Positions 15,270 through 22,939 of a stretch of DNA of 28,097 bases are shown here, piece after piece. The translations under genes and the position numbers were made by a program. The notes under the pieces were generated by a model. That model made no database searches. It was given only the letters and a program-made list of their open reading frames with translations, and was not told the DNA's origin. Location of the stretch: IMG/VR virus record IMGVR_UViG_3300012952_000096, positions 1-28,097 of that record, one strand, 5' to 3'. How positions within the stretch are numbered: the stretch's first letter is position 1; each line of letters begins with the position of its first letter. Source of the stretch: a virus. Taxonomy: Duplodnaviria > Caudoviricetes.

Positions 15270-16450
15270 CATTATTAGATGATGCTAAAATAATTACAAC
15301 TTCAAATGGAGCTAAGGCAGGTACTCTTTATAGCATAAAACCTGATAGTGGTTTAGTAGATTTAGACATTACAAGAGCAACAACTGCTACAAGAGTCAAT
15401 GAATCAGGCAATGTAGTATCTGTTGCAGTAAACGAACCTCAGATAGATTACTCATTAGGGGGATGTTCTAATTTTCTTATAGAACCACAAAGAACTAATT
15501 TAAACTTATATAGTGAAGAGCTTGATAATGCTGCTTGGGGCAAAAGTGATGTAACTGTAACTGCTAACAATATAACATCTCCAGATGGAACTGCTAATGC
15601 TGATAAATGCGAAACACTTAGTTCACCAGCACAAATGTATCAAGCAATTTCTGTTTCAGCAAATACTTTTTACACTTGGAGTTTTTATGTAAAAAGAGGT
15701 ACAATGACTGATATAGGAGCTAAAGTTATAAACCTAAATGGAGATTCAGATTATGTTGCGGCTCAAAGTTACTATTCTCAAACATCAGCTTCAGGATGGA
15801 CTAGAGTTTCTTTTAGCTTTTCAACTGGTGCAAATGGGGGTAATAGTTATTTTTATCCTATAAACGCTTCAGGTGTAACAGGTACTATATATTTATGGGG
15901 CTTTCAATTAGAAGAAGGTGAACAACCTCAAGAAACATCATATATACCAACAACTAGTGGTTCTGTTACTAGAAACATAACTTTGTTTGAGAAAACAGGA
16001 ATAGCAAGTGTTACAAATAATGCTGAAGGTGTTTTATTTTTAGAGTATGCTTTTTTAAATGTTACAGAGTCAAATCAAAAAATAATGGGTATAGGAGAAA
16101 ATAATGGTAATAGTATAAATATAGGTAGGTGGGGTGGAGGATATATGGCTAGTGCTACCATAGGAAGTACCAATTTAATGTTTTCATTATCTTATAAATT
16201 TCCAGTAGCTGATACTAACTTTCATAAGACTGCTGTAAAATATAAAAGTGGTGACTCAGCAATTTGGTTAGATGGAGTTGAAGAGTTAGCATCTGTTGCA
16301 ACAGGAACACCAAGTCAACCAATAGACAAAATTGCAAATTCATATAATGGTATTGCAGGTGGCTTTTGGGCATTTGAAGGTAGAATAAAAACCATTTTAT
16401 ATTTTGATTCAATTTTAACAGATGCTCAACTATTAGCTTTAACAACTTAA
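15266..16450 (+). CDS. Head/tail fibre with carbohydrate-binding-like and LamG/ConA-like domains
   Basis: TRATTATRVN, LIEPQRTNL, WGxQLEEG, TSYIPT and terminal LTDAQLxALT motifs. Confidence 0.65.
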   Translation: MTLLDDAKIITTSNGAKAGTLYSIKPDSGLVDLDITRATTATRVNESGNVVSVAVNEPQIDYSLGGCSNFLIEPQRTNLNLYSEELDNAAWGKSDVTVTANNITSPDGTANADKCETLSSPAQMYQAISVSANTFYTWSFYVKRGTMTDIGAKVINLNGDSDYVAAQSYYSQTSASGWTRVSFSFSTGANGGNSYFYPINASGVTGTIYLWGFQLEEGEQPQETSYIPTTSGSVTRNITLFEKTGIASVTNNAEGVLFLEYAFLNVTESNQKIMGIGENNGNSINIGRWGGGYMASATIGSTNLMFSLSYKFPVADTNFHKTAVKYKSGDSAIWLDGVEELASVATGTPSQPIDKIANSYNGIAGGFWAFEGRIKTILYFDSILTDAQLLALTT

Positions 16451-16451
16451 T

Positions 16452-16799
16452 ATGAATATATATAAATTACAATACGATACTAAAGCACAAGCTGATGCTG
16501 ACTTTTTAAACAAAGGAGTTACACAAATAATAGAGGTTGAAGGTCAACAACACACAGCAAATACTAGCACAACTCAAGCAATAGTAGACTTAGGCAGAAT
16601 AGTAGAAACTCCTGGAACTTATGATCCTGATGGTCATGTAATTACACCGCCTGTTTATTATAATGGCGTTTTTTACGATATAATGACTACTAAACATATA
16701 GATTTTGGAACTCATGCTTTAACACCTACTAAATGTGTACACGGCTTTGCAGGTTATAGTATAGATGCAAATGGAGATAATGTAGAACCACAACAATAA
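16452..16799 (+). CDS. Hypothetical protein, fibre-associated
   Basis: 115 aa, tightly follows the fibre gene. Confidence 0.6.
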   Translation: MNIYKLQYDTKAQADADFLNKGVTQIIEVEGQQHTANTSTTQAIVDLGRIVETPGTYDPDGHVITPPVYYNGVFYDIMTTKHIDFGTHALTPTKCVHGFAGYSIDANGDNVEPQQ

Positions 16800-16801
16800 T
16801 T

Positions 16802-18871
16802 ATGAAAGACTCAATAATTTCAATAAATTTAGAAACAAGTACGGCACCAGTAGTGCAAGAGGTAAGAGGGCGTGACTACATTGAATACGGCACTGATGAC
16901 TGGAGAAACCTCTATCCACAGTTTCTTATAGACTTATACTACAACTCATCAACTCATGCTGCTATTATTAATGGTACTGCTGAGATGATAGCAGGAGAGG
17001 ATTTAATAGTTCCTGATGATGATATTAATTTAGATGCTTATGTTAAGCTAAAGAAGTTTATGCGTCATGCAAACTCTAAAGAGTCTTTACATCAAGTAAT
17101 AAAAAAAGTAGCATTTGACTTTAAACTTCAAGGGGCTTATGCAATACACATTATATGGAATAGAGAGAGAACTGAAATAGCTGAAATCTATCATGTGCCA
17201 GTTGAGAGAGTTAGAGCAGGTAGACCAAATGAAATGGGTAAAGTAGACACATATTATATTAGTGCAGACTGGGGCAATACTAGAACGCACAAACCTTATC
17301 CAATAGCAGCATTCAATACTAATGATAGAACTTCAGGTAGTCAATTACTTTATACTGGAGCGTATAGTCCTAATATGGATATATACCACACACCTGATTA
17401 CTTAGCAGCTTGTAACTGGGCATTAGTAGACCAAAGAGTTGCTGAGTTTCACTTAAACAATATAGAAAACGGATTTAGTGGTTCTTACTTTATCAGCTTC
17501 GCAAATGGAGTTCCTAGTGCTGAAGAGAGAAGACAGATAGAACAAAGTCTAACAGATAAATTTACAGGGGCTAAAAACTCAGGAAAGTTTGTTTTAACTT
17601 TTTCAGACGATAGAACAAGAACTCCTGAAATAACACCTATAAGTGTATCTGATGCAGACAAGCAGTATTTAGCACTTCAAGAACTTTTAGTACAAAACAT
17701 CCTCACAGGTCATAGGGTGACTTCTAAGACACTTATGGGTATTGATAGTACCAATGGCTTCTCAAGCAATACAGATGAGCTTATAAACGCTTCTAATTTT
17801 TACTTAAATACAGTTGTTAGACCTTTTCAGCTTAACATTTTAGATACTTTGCAGACTATATTCTCAGTAAACAATATGGACTTAGAGGTTGAGTTCGTAC
17901 AATTAAAACCTATAACAGTTCAATTTGACTCTAAGACTATAAGAGAAGTTACAACGCAGGACGAAATAAGAGAAGCTATTGGTTTAGCACCATTAGAAGA
18001 AGATGAAGCAACTGTTGAGCAAGATGTAAAACTAGCTAAAGTTGGAATGATAGATGGAGAACCAGTATTTAGTACAATAGAAGAAGCAGAAGCTCATGCT
18101 AAGACTAAAGGTTGTACTGGTTATCATGAACACGAACTAGAGGGCAAAACAGTTTACATGGCTTGTGATGGTCATGCTGAAGCAACTGAGATGAAAGTAG
18201 AAAAAACAGAATTGCAAAAATTTATAGAAGATTTTGGTGAAGATATGTCTGAAGACTGGGAACTAATTGAAGAAGAAGTAGTAGATGGAGAACACCAAGA
18301 TTTTAATTTTGAAGAAGTTTTAAATCAAGCAGCTAACGAAAAGCTAGAATTAGCTAGTACAGGAACAGCTAGACCTAATGCTAGAAGTAGTCAAGATGGA
18401 ACTAATAAGTCAGATAATGATTTTTACAAAGTAAGGTATGTTTATACTAAAGATAATTTTTTAAGTCAAGAGGGTGAAACTAGAGAGTTTTGCAGGTTAA
18501 TGATGGCTGCTAAAAAAATATATAGAAAAGAAGATATAGTAAGATTAAATGATATTGCAGTTAATCCAGGTTGGGGACCGAGAGGTGCTTCAACTTACTC
18601 TATTTGGTTAGCTGACCAACATCAAGAATGCTGTAAGTCATTAAAAACCAGTAAGTTAGAGCTTTACAAAGGCGGCGGAAATTGTCATCATTTTTGGCTG
18701 AGACAGATTTACAAGACATCTTTAAGGGGTGCTAAAAGTAAGATAAACTCTAATCAATTAATATCTTATACAAAAGCAAGAAGTGAAGGGTTTACAGCAG
18801 AGAAAAATGACAACCTAGTAGCAAGACCCCCTAAGAGAATGAAAAATAACGGATTTTTAGAACCAAGATAA
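16802..18871 (+). CDS. Portal protein with C-terminal extensions
   Basis: YPxFLxxLYxNSSTHxAII, G.NSGK, ILxxHRVTS..LxG and EIRExxGLxPL portal motifs in the first ~400 aa; extra Cys/His domains follow. Confidence 0.85.
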   Translation: MKDSIISINLETSTAPVVQEVRGRDYIEYGTDDWRNLYPQFLIDLYYNSSTHAAIINGTAEMIAGEDLIVPDDDINLDAYVKLKKFMRHANSKESLHQVIKKVAFDFKLQGAYAIHIIWNRERTEIAEIYHVPVERVRAGRPNEMGKVDTYYISADWGNTRTHKPYPIAAFNTNDRTSGSQLLYTGAYSPNMDIYHTPDYLAACNWALVDQRVAEFHLNNIENGFSGSYFISFANGVPSAEERRQIEQSLTDKFTGAKNSGKFVLTFSDDRTRTPEITPISVSDADKQYLALQELLVQNILTGHRVTSKTLMGIDSTNGFSSNTDELINASNFYLNTVVRPFQLNILDTLQTIFSVNNMDLEVEFVQLKPITVQFDSKTIREVTTQDEIREAIGLAPLEEDEATVEQDVKLAKVGMIDGEPVFSTIEEAEAHAKTKGCTGYHEHELEGKTVYMACDGHAEATEMKVEKTELQKFIEDFGEDMSEDWELIEEEVVDGEHQDFNFEEVLNQAANEKLELASTGTARPNARSSQDGTNKSDNDFYKVRYVYTKDNFLSQEGETREFCRLMMAAKKIYRKEDIVRLNDIAVNPGWGPRGASTYSIWLADQHQECCKSLKTSKLELYKGGGNCHHFWLRQIYKTSLRGAKSKINSNQLISYTKARSEGFTAEKNDNLVARPPKRMKNNGFLEPR

Positions 18872-18873
18872 TT

Positions 18874-19434
18874 ATGAGCTATGTACTTTTTATATCAGAA
18901 CAGAAGTTAAAAGATTCAACTGCAATCAACTTAAATGTTGATGTTGACATATTACTTCCATTTGTGCGTGAAGCACAGAAGCTATATGTTGAGACTGCAC
19001 TTGGAACTCAGCTAACTCAAAAGCTAAAAAATGAAATAATAGCAGGAACATTAGCAGGTGCTTATAAGACCTTAGTAGATGAATACATAGGCGATATGCT
19101 TCCAGGATATAGCTTATACCATGCTATTCCTTATCTTAGGCATAAAGTAGAAAATGGCAATATCTATAATAAAACATCTGAAACTGGAACTGCTTTAACA
19201 ACTGCTGAGGCACAAGGTTTTAGGGAAGAGGTTTTAAATACTGCTAGCTATTATAGAGAAAGACTTATAGACTATATTAGAAACAATATAAGTAGCTTTC
19301 CTGAATACAATCAAAATTCAGGTGCAGATGTTTCACCATCAACTGAAAACTATTACTCTAACATGAATTTAGATATGCCAAGACAAAGCAATAAATTAAC
19401 TTTAAGAGATTTTCTAACTCCTGATTTAACTTAA
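18874..19434 (+). CDS. Putative head-tail adaptor (DUF6712-like)
   Basis: LFIS...PFxxEAQ...LG motif; immediately downstream of the portal. Confidence 0.55.
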   Translation: MSYVLFISEQKLKDSTAINLNVDVDILLPFVREAQKLYVETALGTQLTQKLKNEIIAGTLAGAYKTLVDEYIGDMLPGYSLYHAIPYLRHKVENGNIYNKTSETGTALTTAEAQGFREEVLNTASYYRERLIDYIRNNISSFPEYNQNSGADVSPSTENYYSNMNLDMPRQSNKLTLRDFLTPDLT

Positions 19435-19577
19435 TGAAGAAATATTACAAGCCAAAAATAAAAAATATAAATAAACTTAAAACATATTTGAAAGATGCCA
19501 CTGAAGCAGATAACAAAAGAAGTAGGGGAAGTGTTAGGAGTAAACAGCGTAATATTAAGCGTAACGACATTTACTAA
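19434..19577 (+). CDS. 47-aa basic micro-protein (MKKYYKPKIKNINKLKTYLKD...)
   Basis: TAATG coupling with the upstream gene; overlaps the next ORF. Confidence 0.45.
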   Translation: MKKYYKPKIKNINKLKTYLKDATEADNKRSRGSVRSKQRNIKRNDIY

Positions 19578-19665
19578 CCTAGAACTATTTTTAAAAATAA
19601 TACTGTTAGTAGTTTCAATAGTTTATACTGTTGATAAGTGGTGGTATCATAAAAAGAAAAGATAA
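19495..19665 (+). CDS. 56-aa holin-like membrane protein
   Basis: Two hydrophobic segments and a KKKR tail, upstream of the lysin gene. Confidence 0.6.
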   Translation: MPLKQITKEVGEVLGVNSVILSVTTFTNLELFLKIILLVVSIVYTVDKWWYHKKKR

Positions 19666-19796
19666 TGCCTAAGAAACGCAAATTAAATAGCAATAATCCA
19701 AAGTATAACAAAGCAATAAAAAGTGAAGTTAAAATGCGTAAAGAATTTGTTAAAGAAGTTAAAGGGTGTAAAATTTATAAGTCCTACTATCTCTAA
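19665..19796 (+). CDS. 43-aa basic micro-protein (MPKKRKLNSNNPKY...)
   Basis: TAATG coupling; overlaps the lysin N-terminus. Confidence 0.45.
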   Translation: MPKKRKLNSNNPKYNKAIKSEVKMRKEFVKEVKGCKIYKSYYL

Positions 19797-20208
19797 AAAC
19801 TCCAACATAAACCTTTTAATTCTCAGAGATACTTTTAGTGATCAAAGTACAATAGGAGAGTTGTTTCTTAATGGAGAAAGGTTTTGTGATACACTAGAGC
19901 TGCCTTATAGAGATAATCAAAGAAGTATATCTTGCATACCAGTAGGCGAATACAAAGTACGATTAAGATACCCAAGAGAAAGTGCAACTAGAGATTATTT
20001 GCACTTAATTGTAGAAGATGTAAAAGACCGTTCTTATATATTATTTCACAGGGGGAATACTGCTAAAGACACAAGAGGTTGCATCCTAGTAGGACAGGGA
20101 AGCCAACAAGACATTGTTCATAATTCAACTTTAGCTATGGATTTACTTATAAAAGAAATAATAAATTTGGGTGGCACTAATATTAATTTAATAATCAAAA
20201 ATAAATAA
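19723..20208 (+). CDS. DUF5675-family putative endolysin (start uncertain)
   Basis: TIGEL, CDTLE, SCIPxGxY and ILFHxGN..DTxGCILVG motifs; flanked by holin-like genes. Confidence 0.75.
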   Translation: MKLKCVKNLLKKLKGVKFISPTISKNSNINLLILRDTFSDQSTIGELFLNGERFCDTLELPYRDNQRSISCIPVGEYKVRLRYPRESATRDYLHLIVEDVKDRSYILFHRGNTAKDTRGCILVGQGSQQDIVHNSTLAMDLLIKEIINLGGTNINLIIKNK

Positions 20209-20210
20209 TT

Positions 20211-20405
20211 ATGAATGAATTTTTAAACAAGTATCTAATAGGTTCTATGTTAAAGAGTAGAAAATTTTGGTACACGGTAATAGGAATTGTTACAACTTTA
20301 TTAAGTGATACATTTGGTTTAAATCCTGATGAGGTTAGAAACATTCTAATAAGCATTGGTGCTTTAGTGTTAGGTCAGGGATTTGCTGATGCTGCAAAAA
20401 AGTAA
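20211..20405 (+). CDS. Holin-like protein
   Basis: KSRKFW motif, two TM segments and GQGxAD motif. Confidence 0.7.
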   Translation: MNEFLNKYLIGSMLKSRKFWYTVIGIVTTLLSDTFGLNPDEVRNILISIGALVLGQGFADAAKK

Positions 20406-21132
20406 TAATAGATTTAGATTAAAGCCGCATGAAATAGCGGCATTAAAAAAGATGAGGGCAAAAGATGAAAGGAGAAAGCTTATCATACCTGATTTGCATG
20501 CTCCTTTTATTGAGCCAGGATTTTTTGAGCATTGCAAAGAAATCTATCACAAATGGAACTGCAATTCCGTACATTTCACTGGGGATTTATTGGACAACAG
20601 TTTTAGTTCGTTTCATGAAGTACAGCCTGATGGGAAATCAGCAGGAGATGAGCTTGCCTTAGCAGTAGAGCAAATTAAACCCTTTTGGGAAGAATGGAAC
20701 GAAGCAACAATTTGCATTGGCAATCATGACGCTATAATATCTAGGAAATTAGTGGCTTCAGGCTTATCTCAGGCATGGTTAAAGGACTTTAATGATGTAT
20801 TAGGAACTCCAGGTTGGATTTGGAAAGATAAGTTCTTAGAAGATGGCGTAATGTATTTACACGGAACTGGTAGCTCAGGTAGAAATGGTGCTATAAATAG
20901 AGCTATTAATTGGAATACTAAAATTTGTCAGGGTCATATTCATACAGAAACCAGTATTATCTATCATGCAAACCAAGATAATTTGTTGTGGTCTATGCAA
21001 TTAGGCTCAGCATTCAATGTTAATTCTTATGCAGCGAACTATGCAAAAAACTTTACAAAAAAACCCATTATAGCAGTAGGAGTAATACTAGACAATGGTC
21101 GTTTGCCTATACTAGAACCAATGAACTTATAA
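20389..21132 (+). CDS. Calcineurin-like metallophosphoesterase
   Basis: DLH, GDxxD, GNHD, HG and GHxH motifs. Confidence 0.88.
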   Translation: MLQKSNNRFRLKPHEIAALKKMRAKDERRKLIIPDLHAPFIEPGFFEHCKEIYHKWNCNSVHFTGDLLDNSFSSFHEVQPDGKSAGDELALAVEQIKPFWEEWNEATICIGNHDAIISRKLVASGLSQAWLKDFNDVLGTPGWIWKDKFLEDGVMYLHGTGSSGRNGAINRAINWNTKICQGHIHTETSIIYHANQDNLLWSMQLGSAFNVNSYAANYAKNFTKKPIIAVGVILDNGRLPILEPMNL

Positions 21133-21209
21133 TGCACCTAAAAGACTCTACAAAGCTAACTTTACTCTACTTATTAATTATAGTAATAGTTTTACTTATT
21201 TCTCTTTAA
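21132..21209 (+). CDS. 25-aa single-TM micro-protein (MHLKDSTKLTLLYLLIIVIVLLISL)
   Basis: TAATG coupling and a hydrophobic helix. Confidence 0.5.
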   Translation: MHLKDSTKLTLLYLLIIVIVLLISL

Positions 21210-21213
21210 TTTT

Positions 21214-21244
21214 CTTGTTAACACCTCAATTGTTGATAACTTTG
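21214..21244 (+). promoter_or_regulatory. Bacteroidetes housekeeping-sigma promoter P1 (early)
   Basis: TTG (21215-17) - 19 nt - TAACTTTG (21237-44). Confidence 0.55.
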
Positions 21245-21275
21245 TAAATAAAGCTGTCAATAAGGCTGTTAATTC
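21231..21275. repeat. 12-bp-phased array of DnaA-box-like 9-mers
   Basis: TGTTGATAA 21231, TGTAAATAA 21243, TGTCAATAA 21255, TGTTAATTC 21267. Confidence 0.65.
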
Positions 21276-21296
21276 AATAATAGTTCGTATTATTGC
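21266..21296 (+). promoter_or_regulatory. Bacteroidetes-type early promoter P2
   Basis: CGTATTATTGC (one mismatch to TAnnTTTG) ending about 26 nt before ATG 21322. Confidence 0.5.
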
Positions 21297-21321
21297 ATCA
21301 TATTAATCAAAACAAAAACAG

Positions 21322-21576
21322 ATGTACTCAAATTTTAAAATGTTAGAAGCAACAAACAAAGAAGAAGCTATTGTATCAATATTAGATGTAATAGAAGAAA
21401 ACCCATTATGGCTTAATAAAATTAATGATGGCTTATTTTTATTGGTAAAAAGCATTGAGCCTGAACACAAAAGATTTTTATTAGAAAGGTCATTAGATGA
21501 ACAGGTAATAGACTTGTTTGTTAAACTAAAAAAAGAATACTATCACTTTAAAGATTTTACACAATGGAATTACTAA
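21322..21576 (+). CDS. Hypothetical early protein
   Basis: First ORF after the early promoter; A-rich leader. Confidence 0.65.
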   Translation: MYSNFKMLEATNKEEAIVSILDVIEENPLWLNKINDGLFLLVKSIEPEHKRFLLERSLDEQVIDLFVKLKKEYYHFKDFTQWNY

Positions 21577-21938
21577 TTTGCGAGGACTACTACTTCTATA
21601 ATAACGGAGTATATAAAACAATAAAAAAACTATCACCTGAAGGTTGGTTTACAGATTTAAAAAAAGTAGAACCAAGTATTAGAATCTTTGGAACTAGAGA
21701 GCAAGTAGATGAAGCTCTTGATACTTATATTGAATTGACTGGTCTTAATCTTGATGAAACTCATACTTACGAAACAGAAAAAAAAGGCAGCTACTGGGAA
21801 GATATTGTATTTAGTGAAACAAGAAAAGACAGACCTACACTAAAAGAATATAATGAAGCTGTAAATAAGAATCTAGCAATATACAGAGAGAAATATAATA
21901 AACTAAATAATAACAAAGCATTAATAACAACAATATGA
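21564..21938 (+). CDS. Hypothetical early protein
   Basis: Overlapping operon arrangement. Confidence 0.65.
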   Translation: MELLICEDYYFYNNGVYKTIKKLSPEGWFTDLKKVEPSIRIFGTREQVDEALDTYIELTGLNLDETHTYETEKKGSYWEDIVFSETRKDRPTLKEYNEAVNKNLAIYREKYNKLNNNKALITTI

Positions 21939-22318
21939 GAACAGAAAAAATAAAAGAAAAATATTTGCATTATGGCTTAGATAAAGAAGATGTTTTTAAA
22001 CATCAACATTATGTAATCATTACAAGATCAGGAATAGACAAAATACAGGCAATAGAGAATATTACTATTGACTATAAAGTTATAAATTGTGAAAGAGATT
22101 TTTGTGTTGTAAAAGCTAATGCAAATAAAGGTGAAGCGACTATACAAACTTTTGGTTCAGCTCTCAAGGGTGGTTTTAAAGATGGTAATTGTAATACTTG
22201 GTATGTTATGGAAATGGCTGAGAAAAGAGCAATGTCAAGAGCAGTATTAAAATTAACTGGCTTTTATGAACTTGGGGTTTTTAGTGAAGATGAAAGCGAA
22301 GATTTTAAAAGAAAATAG
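21935..22318 (+). CDS. Putative single-strand annealing protein (Rad52/Sak/Redbeta-like)
   Basis: EMAEKRAxxRA...GVFSEDE motif; close to the SSB gene. Confidence 0.5.
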   Translation: MRTEKIKEKYLHYGLDKEDVFKHQHYVIITRSGIDKIQAIENITIDYKVINCERDFCVVKANANKGEATIQTFGSALKGGFKDGNCNTWYVMEMAEKRAMSRAVLKLTGFYELGVFSEDESEDFKRK

Positions 22319-22321
22319 CAT

Positions 22322-22395
22322 GAGGGGGTTAAATATCAATATGAATAATAATGTCAGCTGTTATACTTTGTAGAGATATACACCCCCCTCTTTTT
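22322..22395 (+). terminator. Long irregular hairpin with T-tract
   Basis: GAGGGGGT...ACCCCCCTC TTTTT with inner ATATC/GATAT pairing. Confidence 0.55.
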
Positions 22396-22414
22396 AATAA
22401 TTAAAAAATAAAAT

Positions 22415-22585
22415 ATGGAAACTGCACTACCTAATAACAGTATAAACAAACCTTTAAGTGAAAGTGAGCAGCTTAGAACTGAAAACACAAGACTAAGGAA
22501 AAACAATTTGAATTTAAAACTTCAAATAATTAAAGAAAAAGAAAAACTATCAAAAATAATTAAGTACATTAAAAGTTACAAATAA
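22415..22585 (+). CDS. 56-aa basic coiled-coil protein
   Basis: METALPNNSINKP...; A-rich leader; fills the gap. Confidence 0.6.
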   Translation: METALPNNSINKPLSESEQLRTENTRLRKNNLNLKLQIIKEKEKLSKIIKYIKSYK

Positions 22586-22616
22586 AACCTAGTATTAATA
22601 AATTAAATAAATAAAA

Positions 22617-22937
22617 ATGGAAGTAAAAGGAAAATTAGTTAAGATGCTTGATCTTGAAACAGGTGTAAGTAAATCAGGAAAAGAATGGCAAAAGCAAACA
22701 GTTGTAGTAGACAATGGAGAGGAATTTAATAATCTAATAGCAGTAAGTGCTTTTGGTGAAGATAAAATTAAAGACTTAAATAAACTACAAGAGGGTATGA
22801 CAGTATCTATTCGTTGTAATGTTTATTCAAGAGAGTATAAAGGAAAATACTATCACAATATAGATGGATATTGGTTTACACAAAAATCTGAAAATGAAGA
22901 CTTTGTAACTTCAGACTCAGATGATTTGCCATTTTAA
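22617..22937 (+). CDS. Single-stranded DNA-binding protein (DUF3127-like OB fold)
   Basis: GxSKxGKEWxKQ and SREYxGKYY motifs; acidic DDLPF C-terminus. Confidence 0.82.
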   Translation: MEVKGKLVKMLDLETGVSKSGKEWQKQTVVVDNGEEFNNLIAVSAFGEDKIKDLNKLQEGMTVSIRCNVYSREYKGKYYHNIDGYWFTQKSENEDFVTSDSDDLPF

Positions 22938-22939
22938 TT

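Noticed and set aside
14690-17290. Minus-strand ORFs 14690..14902, 16215..16445 and 17087..17290
   Set aside because: Overlap well-supported plus-strand genes; no recognisable features.
20465-20662. Plus-strand 65-aa nested ORF as a possible o-spanin
   Set aside because: Nested in the phosphoesterase rather than an i-spanin; no convincing lipobox and not Pro-rich.
21216-21275. CRISPR mini-array
   Set aside because: Units are 9-mers with a 12-bp period, with no spacers and no cas genes.
22361-22370. TATACTTTG as a Bacteroidetes -7 promoter
   Set aside because: Spacing is off by one from TAnnTTTG, and it lies inside the hairpin.
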